64,000 nt of DNA from Eledone cirrhosa. Lineage: Eukaryota. Of the stretch, positions 12,665-25,344 are shown one piece after another. The first letter of the stretch is position 1; the number at the start of each line of letters is the position of its first letter. The notes beneath the pieces were generated by a model that searched no databases, was not told where the DNA came from, and saw only the letters and a program-made list of their open reading frames with translations. Both the position numbers and the translations under genes were made by a program. The stretch is taken from contig OZ024741.1 of assembly GCA_964016885.1 (NCBI GenBank), positions 92,008,001 to 92,072,000 on the forward strand, read 5' to 3'.

Positions 12665-12754
<90 letters not shown>

Positions 12755-12787
12755 GTATGTATATATATATATATATTTATATATATG

Positions 12788-12840
<53 letters not shown>

Positions 12841-12896
12841 TAGGATATATATGTATATACGTATATATATACTAGATATATATATATACTAGGATA

Positions 12897-12969
<73 letters not shown>

Positions 12970-13094
12970 GTATATACATATATATATCCTAGTATATATA
13001 TATATATAAACTATAATAAAGTAAGGAGCGCGGGACTGCGTAAGGTTTATAATTTGTTATCCCATTAGTAAAATAAGTTGCATTACTTTGAATA

Positions 13095-13285
13095 AATAAT
13101 TGTTTCTACATTTGGCACAAGGCCAGCAATTATCCCAGTGTATTACTGGTGCTTTATTTTATCGACCCCGTAAGGCAAAGTTAACCTCGGCGGGATTTGA
13201 ACTCAGACTTTGAATAAATAATTGTTTCTAGTTTTGGCACAAGGCCAGCAATTATACCAGTGTATTACTGGTACTTTATTTTTGA
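13095..13285 (-). mobile_element. Tandem partial SINE family C copies
   Basis: TTGGCACAAGGCCAGCAATT...TTTATCGACCCCGTAAGG...GGGATTTGAACTCAG. Confidence 0.8.
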
Positions 13286-13587
13286 ATAAATAAGGAATGA
13301 ATATTACATAATTTATCTACTAAATTTCGTGGTTGTTGATTAAATATATTTTGTTTATTCACTCCTTTAAAATTTCTGAATTGTCAACACTTCCGGTTGG
13401 CCATCGCTTAAATAAACATACTAATTTTCTGTCACTAATTTTCTCCTAATGCAGTTTATATATAATATCGTCTTTTTTGATGTATCATGGATTACGTTCG
13501 TTCAATTTCTATGTATTATATATTGTCAATTACGATTTTATTTGATGTATATACCTGCGTATAATATCAATATGCACACTACAGATG

Positions 13588-13616
13588 CTAGCAGTAAACC
13601 ACCCGAAGGGTGGTTT
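13588..13616 (-). mobile_element. Helitron-type 3' terminus
   Basis: Minus: AAACCACCC-TTC-GGGTGGTTT-ACTG-CTAG; the following base is C rather than the expected T. Confidence 0.5.
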
Positions 13617-14286
13617 TTCTGATAATACATATAATTAGTCATGTTGCCAAACATTGCATGTTATGAAAATTAGGTTCTGTTTGACATAGATAACGAATAA
13701 CGAATGAATATCAATTCTCTTCATGTGTGGGAGAGTAAAGTTACTTATCTGTAAATGAATAGCCAACTAGCTTTGAAAACAATATCTTATGTTTGTCTGT
13801 GTACGAAGAGAATAACAAGTTTATTCACACTTATCCCGGGAGCAAGGCTCATAATTAAAAAACGTAGTTATATCTACATTATATTTAACCTCGATTTTCT
13901 AATAAATGATGATGCATAGATTGTGTCCGTATATATATACACCGTATATATACACACAAATACATATATAAACATGAATAAACACATATATATATATATA
14001 TATGTGTGTGTGTAATTGTGTGGGGGGGGGGGGCGTGTGTGTGTGTGTTTGTGTTTGTGTTTGTGTGTGTTTGTGTGTGTTTGTGTGTGAAATCGCATGG
14101 CTGAGTGGTTAGAGAATTGGAATCGCAATTGTGAGACTGTGAGTTGAATTCCCGGACCGGGCGATGTGTTATGTTCTTGAGCAAGACACTTTATTTAACG
14201 TTGCTCCTTCTGCCTAGATTTGCGACCGGTTGATAGTATTAGCAATTGGAAAAACTGCTGGTAACATTGTTTCCTTGGTCCGATTT

Positions 14287-14367
<81 letters not shown>

Positions 14368-14584
14368 TATATGTTTTGTGTATGTATATATACATGTATA
14401 TGTATGTGTGTGTGAACCTCAAACCAAAATCATTATATAGACACTTTCCAATCAGTTGGCTTTGCAATTACAAGGAGCTAAAATACAAAATTACAATATC
14501 TATTCTTTTTTTAATTCACACGGGAAAATACGTAAATTCGACGTTTACATGGCTTTATACTTAATGTGTATATTTATATATATA

Positions 14585-14988
14585 CGAGGGTAATCCCAAA
14601 AGTAAGGTCTCCAAAGCGATGGGAACGCATAGAAACTGTTCGTTCGGCTGTTGGCAACACTGTTGTGATTGGTGCTTCCTTCACTCCCAAACAAGCATGC
14701 GCGCGCTTCGCTGGGATGCTCGATCTTGGCTTGGCAGCCGTTGAGAATGGAGCTCCCGTTGAACGCTACGGCCAAGTGCGAATTTCGCGCAGTTATTATA
14801 TACGAGGCCAATCCCAAAAGTAAGGTGTCCTTCCGATGAAAACATGCTTAAAGATCGGCAGATCACTCTGGATGCTCTCTGAAGGTTTCTGAGGTTTCCC
14901 GAAGCACCATCCACAGGATTTTAACGGAAAAGTTGCAATATCGGAAGTTTCAATATCGGAAGGAGACCTTACTTTGGGATTGCCCTCG
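14585..14988. mobile_element. Tc1/mariner-type MITE in (TA)n with an internal third TIR
   Basis: TA|CGAGGGTAATCCCAAAAGTAAGGTCTCC ... GGAGACCTTACTTTGGGATTGCCCTCG|TA; extra left-TIR copy at ~14803-14830. Confidence 0.85.
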
Positions 14989-15002
14989 TATATATATATA
15001 TA

Positions 15003-15245
15003 TAACACAACAGTTAGTTCACCATACCGAGAACAATTGTTTCACCTTATGCGGATTTTCAGCTCGGACTGGTCATTGTTATAAGGAACCCATGACCAGT
15101 CCGAGTTGAAGATCTGCATAAGGTGAAACACTTGTCTCGGTATGGTGAACTAACTGTTGTGTTACTACGTCTACCAAACTCGTCCCATGGACTGAGTGCT
15201 CTACCACTACGGATATTACCTTCCGATGTTCTACCTCTCTCACTA
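15003..15245 (+). mobile_element. Fold-back element with an inverted pair of minimal hammerhead motifs, in (TA)n
   Basis: Arms 15003-15076 and 15092-15164; consensus CCGAG-CTGAAGA-TCCGCATAAGGT-GAAAC-AATT-GTT-CTCGG (15027-15067 minus, 15101-15140 plus); each copy has point lesions. Confidence 0.75.
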
Positions 15246-15257
15246 TATATATATATT

Positions 15258-15442
15258 TAACGAAGGAAGTGTGGTAAGGAACCAGATGGACCAAAACGCA
15301 CCAGAGTACTCAATACTTAGCGTAGTAGAGTGGGTAATAGGAAAAAGTTCAAGACCCCCTCACGGCAGGGCTCAAGCGGTTTCGACGGGTATTTCTGGAC
15401 GCAGAAACGGCTTGAGACTGCCGTCGAGGTCTTGAACCTTTT

Positions 15443-15446
<4 letters not shown>
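15258..15446 (-). mobile_element. Fold-back element, copy of the 3864-4061 family
   Basis: Same tail (reverse complement) and imperfect palindromic head; flanked by (TA)n. Confidence 0.8.
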
Positions 15447-15499
<53 letters not shown>

Positions 15500-15725
15500 G
15501 CTTAAACAATTAAGTTAAAGTGTACATCTACATATGTATACGGAAGTATTAGTATGCATATAAATACACACATGTATACATATGTACATGTACTCAGCTT
15601 TTCACTAGACACTTTACAGTGAGTGTCAGCTAGTCTGTATGTAAACACACAGACGGACCGGGTTTTAGAGTCATACGGGTTTTCAAGGAAACACATTTCC
15701 TCTATTCTCCAGAGGGCCAGACAGG

Positions 15726-15770
15726 AATATTGGACTAGTTTCGATGTTATTACATCTCATCAGCAATATT
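15726..15770 (-). ncRNA. Canonical minimal type I hammerhead ribozyme
   Basis: Exact reverse complement of 16374-16418. Confidence 0.9.
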
Positions 15771-16373
15771 TACCCATCTTCCGGCTTCTCTGGAGAATTG
15801 TAAAAGCACATATCGTTATATGCTTTTTCTATGAAAATTAGTAGTGGGTAGACTAATTTGCATAGAACGTGAGTCATTGTACGCACCGGTTCAGCGGAAA
15901 CGATAAAAACAAATAACGAAACGAAATTAAATTTCGTTTCGCTTCTAACTCACTTTTGTAGAATAGAGGAAATGTGTTTCCTTGAAAACCCGTATGACTC
16001 TAAAACCCGGTCCGTCTGTGTGTTTACATACAGACTAGCTGACACTCACTGTAAAGTGTCTAGTGAAAAGCTGAGTACATGTACATATGTATACATGTGT
16101 GTATTTATATGCATACTAATACTTCCGTATACATATGTAGATGTACACTTTAACTTAATTGTTTAAGCGTCAAGCGTCAGTCATACAAAAGTGAGTTAGA
16201 AGCGAAACGAAATTTAATTTCGTTTCGTTATTTGTTTTTATCGTTTCCGCTGAACCGGTGCGTACAATGACTCACGTTCTATGCAAATTAGTCTACCCAC
16301 TACTAATTTTCATAGAAAAAGCATATAACGATATGTGCTTTTACAATTCTCCAGAGAAGCCGGTAGATGGGTA

Positions 16374-16418
16374 AATATTGCTGATGAGATGTAATAACAT
16401 CGAAACTAGTCCAATATT
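16374..16418 (+). ncRNA. Canonical minimal type I hammerhead ribozyme
   Basis: AATATTG-CTGATGA-GATGT-AATA-ACATC-GAAAC-TA-GTC-CAATATT: 7-bp stem I, intact core, 5-bp stem II, palindromic stem III ACTAGT; predicted GUC cleavage after 16411. Confidence 0.92.
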
Positions 16419-16825
16419 CCTGTCTGGCCCTCTGGAGAATAGAGGAAATGTGTTTCCTTGAAAACCCGTATGACTCTAAAACCCGGTCCGTCTGTGTGTT
16501 TACATACAGACTAGCTGACACTCACTGTAAAGTGTCTAGTGAAAAGCTGAGTACATGTACATATGTATACATGTGTGTATTTATATGCATACTAATACTT
16601 CCGTATACATATGTAGATGTACACTTTAACTTAATTGTTTAAGCGTCAAGCGTCAGTCATACAAAAGTGAGTTAGAAGCGAAACGAAATTTAATTTCGTT
16701 TCGTTATTTGTTTTTATATATATATATATATATTAAAATAACAGATTAAAGTTTAAGCAACTTTCACCCTATACTGTATATGTAAAGATATAAATCCACT
16801 GCATACATTGAATGATTAGTTGCGA

Positions 16826-16990
16826 TTATGACGAGGAGGGGGAGGAGGAGGAGGAGGAGGAGGGTGGTGGTGGTGATGATGGTAGTGGTGATGATGAGGA
16901 TGACGACGACGACGACGATGACGACGATGAAGATGGTGATGATGATGATGAGGAGGAGGAGGAGGAGGAGGAGGAGGAGGAGGATGAATG
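16826..16990. repeat. (GAG/GAT/GAC/GGT)n trinucleotide tract
   Basis: Direct reading. Confidence 0.9.
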
Positions 16991-17229
16991 GAGAATGATT
17001 GCTGTGCCATGATAGTTATTTGACGAGGATTGTGCGAAGCAGTGGGGAGGTGAAGAAAAGATGGACGCGGAAAGATGGACGGCCTTAGTTGAAAGATTAT
17101 AAGTAGCATCCGTCTGGAAACTTCGTTATTACCTTGAGCAACACAAATATTATATGTCTATCGATTTAACAGAATAAAGAGGTTCTGCATTTATGATTGA
17201 GGCTGTGTATTAAATTTGTCTTTGATTGC

Positions 17230-17625
17230 ACTTCGCTCCAATACTCAACTATACTTCACTCAGCTATCAGTACTTCACACAAAATAATTTCGTCTCAGAA
17301 AATAACCTTTTAACCAATCAGAAATAATGTTTCATATCATGGGAATTAATTATTGAGACTGCATGTTAGAGTTTTCTTCACTCAACTATACTTTACTATA
17401 ATATCCTTCACTCAACTATACTTCATATAATATCCTTCACTCAACGATACTTCACTCAACTATACTTCACTATAACATCCTTCACTCAACTCTACTTCAC
17501 TCAACAATACCTTACTATAACATCCTTCACTCAACTATACTTCGCTATAATATCATTCACTCAACTATATTTCACACAAGCATACTCATTCCAATATTTT
17601 ACTCTCAACTATACTTCACTCAATA
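17230..17625. repeat. Irregular CTTCACTCAACTATA minisatellite
   Basis: Many 14-30-bp variants; part of the region is echoed at ~18700-18870. Confidence 0.8.
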
Positions 17626-17989
17626 ATGTGTTTGTGTTGGGCCTCCGTCAATTTCGACAGTGACTATTTCAATTGTTCGATGAAAACAACAGCATACTCG
17701 TTAAATTAACATGCAAGTTGTTGAACTAACACGCGTAGCATTACAGTAATTCTCAGAGAGATTCAGTGTGATAAGGCTGGCTCTTTGAATTTCAGGACAT
17801 CCTTCACCACAGTACAACCCATTGTTCCTCAGCTGGAACAATGAGAAATAAATTGTTTTGCTCAAGTTACATAACTAGTCGTGAGGAATCATACTCATAA
17901 TATACGGCGTTTCTAGGGCATTTTTAAATCTGGCGGCGCACATCTCCTTTCCAGGTTTGAATACAGCAGATTTCTCTCAGAGAAGAATA

Positions 17990-18665
17990 ATGAAATAACT
18001 GTTTCTATTTTAGGCACAAGGCCAGCAATCACTCAGTACATTACTGGTACTTTATTTTATCGACCCCGTAAGGATGAAAGGCAAAGTTAATCTCGGCGGG
18101 ATTTGAACTCAGTCCGTAGCATAGCGTCCGACCCTCTACCGATACTGCCAATGAAATAATTGTTTATACTTTTGGCACAAGGCAAGCAATTATCCCAGTG
18201 CATTACTGGTGCTTTATTTTATCGACCCCGTAAAGGCAAAGTTAACCTCGGCGGGATTTGAACTGAGAATGGAAAAGGCCGAAACTCTATGCGTCAAAGC
18301 ATGACGTCCGACTCTCTACCAATACTGCCAATCCATCGCCCTATGACAATGAAATAATTGTTTCTACTATTGGCACAAGGCCAGCAATTACCCAGTACAT
18401 TACTGGTACTTTATTTTATCGACCCCGTAAGGATGAAAGGCAAAGTTAACCTCGGCGGGATTTGAACTCAGAAGGGCAAGGGCAGTAACTCTATGCGTCA
18501 AAGCATGGCGTCCGACCCTCTACCGATACTGCCAATCCACCAGTGAGGAAGACATATAGTAGAAGAATCGTTCCAGTACAAGACTGGTACTATTTTATCG
18601 ACTTCGAATGGATGAAAGGCAAAGTTAACCCCGACGGAATTTTAACTTAGAGAGCAGAGGGGTGA
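17990..18665 (-). mobile_element. Head-to-tail array of 3-4 SINE family C copies
   Basis: Minus head TTGGCAGTATCGGTAGAG (A box) and GAGTTCAAATCC (B box) repeated. Other copies at 20119-20540, 32640-32856, 33793-33992, 41260-41420 (+), 42570-42690 and 45430-45735 (+). Confidence 0.85.
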
Positions 18666-19224
18666 AATGAATACTGCAAAGCAATCTATTCCTCGTCTCC
18701 CACTCAACTATACTTCATATATATGTACTTCACTCAAATGGTTTTCGCCATGCCCATCATTTTCAATAAACCTAAAAATTAATTTTCGTTGTTCGTTAAG
18801 TGTGGGAAATACATCTATTTGTCTCAGAAAAAATCTTTTAACCAATCAGAAATTAATGTTCGTGTCATGTGACTTAAGTAGAACATCTGTTCAGACTTGT
18901 GATATTTTCCAATGACGATATTTGGAGGGAAGGAAAGAAAAGTAGGGGGTGAATCTGTGAAGATTGTCAAAACTTTATTGATTTTTCACAAAGTGTTTTC
19001 TATAAAATTATGATGCATCATATTTTCAGACACTTCATTCTGTCTGTAGCACAGACTGCAACTGCAATATGTCTCCATAAAGTAGTTATTATTGCAGGCA
19101 CGACTGTGCTATGTAGTTAAAAAGTTCGCTTTGCGATCACATGGTTCTGGGTTCGTTCCAGCTACGCAACACTTTAGGCTAGTGCTTCGGATTGACTAAT
19201 GGCTTGTGACTAATGGCTTGTGAC

Positions 19225-19613
<389 letters not shown>

Positions 19614-20588
19614 GCTTGCATGAATACGACAGTATCTGTTAGAAATGTTGTACTGAGAGTTCCCCATACTCTGAGTTATAGATTTTTAAGCCCCGAAATA
19701 TTAGGACGAAAACAAAAGATAATAATAATAAATGCCAGGTAACAAACTTTTTCGTTGCCTTCATTTTACCGTATATTTCGCATTGTCTTTGCCTTCGCCT
19801 TCTTAAACATATCATTTTCTACATTATATATATATGTGTGTGTGTGTTGTATGTGTGTGTGTGTTTGTGTGTGTTGTGTATGTGTGTGTATGTGTGTGTG
19901 TGTGTATGTGTGTGTAATATTAGAATGTATGTTTAAAGTACGATAGTACTTAAAAGACTCAAACATTAAATGAGTGTGCGGCTCAATACGTGGAGGTAAG
20001 TTGTAAATTTTATTATCTGTATAGAAAAGTCATAGCGACTTCGAATTTATAGCTTTGTTGCAACATCTGGCTGCCATATGAAGCTGAAGCTTCCGAAAAT
20101 TATATATATATATATATATAATTGTTTCTACTTTTGGCACAAGGCCAGCAATTACCCAGTGCATTACTGGTACTTTATTTTATCGACCCCGTAAGAATGA
20201 AAGGCAAAGTCAACCTCGGCGGGATTTGAACTCAGATCGTAAAGGGACGTAACTATGCTGGGAAGCATGGCGTCCGACCCTCTACCGATACTGCTAATCC
20301 ACCGCCCTTATATTATATATACATATAATAACTAACAAATAGCTTTATCGCTCTACATGGCTGAATTCAATAAATGAGTTTTTCGAATATTAATAATTGT
20401 TTCTACCTTTGGCACAAGGCCAGCAATTACCCAGTGCATTACTGGTACTTTATCTTATCGACCCCGTAAGGATGAAAGGCAAACTTAACCTCTGTGGAAT
20501 TTGAACTCAGATCATAAAGGGACGTAACTCTATGCTGCAAACAAATCGAATATTATTATCATTATTAATATTCGAAAAACTCAGATTA

Positions 20589-20629
<41 letters not shown>

Positions 20630-20777
20630 GACTGGTGCAATATTTATCAAGCTCGGTAGGATGAAAGGTGGGTCAACATGACTGAGGTATTCACCTTTTA
20701 TTATTTTATTGGTTTCAATCATTTGACCACGGTCATGCCGGCACACCACTCTTTTGTGGATGACGTCCACCCCAGTA

Positions 20778-20811
<34 letters not shown>

Positions 20812-21870
20812 ACTACAATGGCGAATGTAAGTTTTCCCTTTTAAGAAGAAATTTGAGGGAATTTGACTGCTATTTCTAGCACATCAAGCGACTTTGTAGA
20901 GGCGAACGCGAGGGCCAAATGTGTTATTTTGTGTATAATTCTATGAAAGTTTCGTTAGTTACAGAGCTAAGTTGAAATACTGCCATATATCATCAGAAAA
21001 GACTTACAGGAAATGAATCAATCTGTAAAGATGAAGCTTTTACTGTGTGACCCCATGCTATGACTTTATGGTATCTTAAATAATGATTTCTTTTGACAAG
21101 GCATAAATCAAAATAAATTCAGGTAGCTTATGATATCTGAAAATGGAAGCAATAAAATGTAATCACACATCATGTAATTACGCTGTTTATATAGTGTATT
21201 GAACACATCGTTGAAATGTACGGAAATTTGGAATTATTTATTATAGCTACAACACCGATTTTCAGGCAGGCTTGGTTCCCGACGCATACCGGATTATCCA
21301 TTTTACCCGACTAGAAACGTATAACGAAGTGGGAAACTCTCTCCTACTCCTCAACTATAATAATACGAAGGCATAAATGTTTAAAATCAAATCACCCCAC
21401 ATTGTAACTTCCTAACGTGAACTAATCTAGCGGGAGTATGTTTTCATGGAATATTTAAGTATCCACCCATAATCATCTATATATTACTAAAAGTCTGTGA
21501 TTGCTTGCTTGCTTGCTTGCTTGTCTGTAATGTAATACAGCCAAAAGGGCACACACCTCTAAAAAGTAGATTGAGCTACTAAACATAACAGCCAAATTTT
21601 CCCTTCAAATTGTATTTATCATATTAAACGGGAGGTGCTGCGTGTGTTTAGAATATATAGGAAGAAAACCAGAGGATAACGGTCAAATACTTCGACCCAA
21701 TACTTAACTGATTCTCATTTTATTGACCGCTGAACGGTGAATAGCAAAGTAAACCATGCTGGAATTTGAACTCAGGCTGTTGAGAAATATAGCTCAATAC
21801 TGCAATGTATTTTACTTAACGTTTTGTCAAGGTGATTAGCTTGTTTGTGTTTATGCTAGGCAGAAGAATA

Positions 21871-22075
21871 CAGGGTATTGAAAACAATTGATTTCAATGG
21901 TCTGTTCCCAAGGGGTCTCATTAAAATAATCATTGTGAATTAGTGATATAATGTCGACAACAGGAGTGTATCGTATGTTGCCCAACATTAAACCTGCTCA
22001 GCCTCGTTGTCCAGGAGTTTGTAGTTTCTAGGATATTTACATCACAAATGGTATCAATGTTTTTGAAACACCCTG
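21871..22075. mobile_element. Tc1-like MITE
   Basis: TA|CAGGGTATTGAAAACAATTGAT ... ATCAATGTTTTTGAAACACCCTG|TA. Confidence 0.7.
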
Positions 22076-24694
22076 TATATCCTACATATCGTAAGAGGCA
22101 ATTAAAAAAGTTGGCACCAGGAACAGCATCCATCCGTAAAATATTAGCATAAAGAGGACCCATGCCATAGGGCCCGAAATGCTAAACCCTGTTTTGACAA
22201 GAAAAATTAATTTAAAACGGTTGTTGTATATTAAACAAGTAGAACACATTGGATCATAAGGTTTCAAATATACTATATCGAAAAATAAGACGATATGATC
22301 ATGATTGGAATGTTGGTTATTATAAGTCAGCTCGGTCAGAGCAGATCTGGGAGCTAAACTACAACAAAATTAATGATTTATGGGTCGGGGTTATCAATTT
22401 AATTGAGATTTAAAGTTATGATATAAAGCTAACATATAGTTAGCACAATATTTGTTGTTATTTTCTTTATACCCGGCAAATTGGCAGAACCGTTATAGCG
22501 TCGAATAGAATATCAGATGATATTTGTTCTGTCTAGCTGTGCTCAGAGTTCAAACCAAAATCAGCTTTAGCTTTTCATCCTTTTGAGGGTTGATGAAATA
22601 AAATGCCGCTTGATGTCGGTGGATTGGCGTAAGTGTTACAGATGTTTTACTGTATCTGCACCACTTCCACCACGTTGCATTCTGATTTTAAATTCCACCT
22701 AAGGTTTTGAAATCCACCAATGGCATGAGCCAATCAACCGACCCCTAGAATCGCAACAGATCATGAAAACTGGGTGGAGGAGGGTTGTGGGCGTCTGTTA
22801 CTGCAGTCGAACGATTACAACGACGACGACGACGACGACGACGACGAAGAAGAAGAAGAAGAAGAAGAAGAAGAAGAAGAAACAACAGCAGGAGGCCAAC
22901 TTTACCATCACTATTACCGCTGGCAGCAAAAGTAATGATTTCCAGATCTGGCACAAGGCCAGACTATTTTTATGGGAAACTGAGTAATCGATTAGATCGA
23001 TCAAGAGCATGGAAATACTTGTTATCGATCCCTAATAATAATTTCGATAGCTGAGATGGCACTGGCTGCCCTCTCATAGGTTTCTTATTAAACGCATAAC
23101 GTTGGAAACATCTGGTGTTCTGTGTCTTTATACTATCTCCCTACTCACTTTGATCAGAATGGGGATGGCCATTTAGAGGAACGATTCCCTCAAGACAAGC
23201 CCCTCCTGATGAACCTCTCGAGGTGGAGTGGCTTTTTTAGCGCCTCTCCCTCGCCATCTGCCGGGACCATAAAACCTTTCCATAGCACTCTGTGATTTCG
23301 TTTATAAAATTTAACAAAATATATAATATAAATAAAATATAAATGAAAATTTAAACAGCCTGGATAATATCTAATATTGATGAAATTATTCTCTATTTCT
23401 GACATAGGCAAAATCCATATTTTTTTTTTTTTTTTTATCAGGAAAGTATAGTGCATTACATCAATTTCTAGTATTTCTGTTTTCAACCATTGAGGTGGGG
23501 AGACAAAACCAACACTGGTGAGATCTGAAATTTAGAATGTAAAGAAACCTACCCAAATACCCGTAAGATATTTTGTCCTGTATCATACAGGTTTGGTTCG
23601 GTCAGTCACCGCAATTCGTGTGTGTGTGCGCGCATGTGTGTATGTGTTAGTTTAAAAGCTTACTCTCAGAGCTTCGAAATTGAAGGGATTAATGACAGTG
23701 CCCATAACTATTTAGGGTTCACCAAACTGATGAGATGAAGGGCTTTGTCGATAATTATTTTCAGGACCTGATGAAGAACAGTTCCCATAATCATTTTCAA
23801 GAGCTCAAAACTGATGAGAGGAAAAGATGAAGGAAGGAAATAATTCTCAGACTAGAGACCTGTTGCAACAAACGCTGCTAGCCTTTTGGATATGAAATCA
23901 CTACAATTTCTCAGAAACAATATTGTTCGTTTTAAAGTGTTTATCTAAAAACCTCCTACTATAATGCTATGTAAGATACTTTGTTCCAAACACCAATTTA
24001 ATAGAGAAACATTTAAACACTCCTTTAAAGCGGTAAGTTGGCAGAATGGTTAGGACATTGCGCAGGATTTTTCGTGATATTTATTCATTCTCTCAGCATT
24101 CAATTCCTGCCCAGATAAACATTGTCTTTTATCAATTCACTATCGATAAATAATATACCATTACTTGAGAGGGATCTAATCTTCCGATCTGTCGTTTTTA
24201 ATTAATTTTTTCTCTAGAATAAATCGACTGCTCAGACGTGGAGATTGTTTAAAAGACCTAATACATACCATTTATCATTTCACCGCCCCTACAACTCCAG
24301 CAGGAGTTAAGGTCCCAAGTTATTATATAATTATATTACTAAATCTCTCAAAATTTTTGATTATTTTCAAAATTATTTGAAAGCCGTAAAGAGTGTCTTT
24401 TATTAGAAATATGTTAACGAAAGGGTTAAAGCCTGACAGGGTGCTAAATCTCTTATTTAGTATTTTGTGAGAAAAGCAATCAGCATATAATAATCATTTC
24501 ATTTTAAACACAGTCGACTTCATGTCTAAATGATCATTGCTGCATTAATGAAACGAAATATTGGGCGCCGAAAAATAACATATTGATCTTATGAGTGAAT
24601 AAAATATTATCTCCTATTTAAATCGAAGCTATTGTCACGGCGTTAAGCTTCGTATGTATGTATGTATGTATGCATGATTGTATGTATGCATGTG

Positions 24695-24777
<83 letters not shown>

Positions 24778-25344
24778 ATATTATATGCATACATACATGC
24801 ATAAATTCATGCATATAGATAGGCACACACTTGCTGGTCACGTTACTAAGTAGTAGATAAACCTGATAGACTGGCTACCGAGTGATCAGTTTACGTTTAT
24901 GAAGAATGCAATGTGTGTATGCATATATAGTTATATATGTGTGAACAGAGAGAAATGGAGAGAGAGTGAGGGAGAGAAGTAGAGAGCACGAACATAGAGA
25001 CGCACAAATTAACAGTCAAACAGATGAATAAGCAGACAAACGGATGAGCATATAGATAGACAAACAGAAAGAAAGACAGATAAACAGATAGATAGATAGA
25101 TAGATAGATAGATTTCTTTATTAGCCACAAGGGCGCACAAGAAAAGGGGACAATACAAAGACATGCCGGGGATTTTACATACAGTCGTGTAAAAAATATA
25201 AAAACAAACAATTACAACAATCGAAATCCCCAATGGGGGGGGGGGCACAAATGGGTTGTTTAATATCCCGCCGATAGAACAACCCTCAACTCTAGGAGCG
25301 TGTTGTGCAAGTGCTCCTTTCTTCCTTTTGCTCTCTTCCTCAAC

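Larger units (their letters stand above)
15498..16716. mobile_element. Retrozyme/pLTR-like element: 476-bp monomer, inverted copy + ~1.6 tandem copies, in (TA)n
   Basis: 15498-15960 is the reverse complement of 16184-16646 (one mismatch seen); 15961-16240 repeats directly at 16437-16716; one HHR per monomer. Confidence 0.9.

Noticed and set aside
13596-13618. Rho-independent terminator-like hairpin
   Set aside because: Eukaryotic DNA; on minus it is followed by ACTG-CTAG and fits a Helitron 3' end better.
15502-16642. Repeated 64-aa and 72-aa ORFs
   Set aside because: By-products of the duplicated 476-bp non-coding monomer.
16812-17109. Acidic or poly-Pro/His protein ORFs
   Set aside because: Trinucleotide repeat tract; the same applies at 22745-23054, 38468-39015 and 41526-41711.
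23169-23233. Type III hammerhead-like GAGG..CCTC-CTGATGA-ACCT-CTCG-AGGT-GGAG-TGGC
   Set aside because: GAAA is absent and the stem III register is off; at most a decayed relic.
23722-23850. Repeated CTGATGA motifs
   Set aside because: No consistent stem I or III and no GAAA in register.
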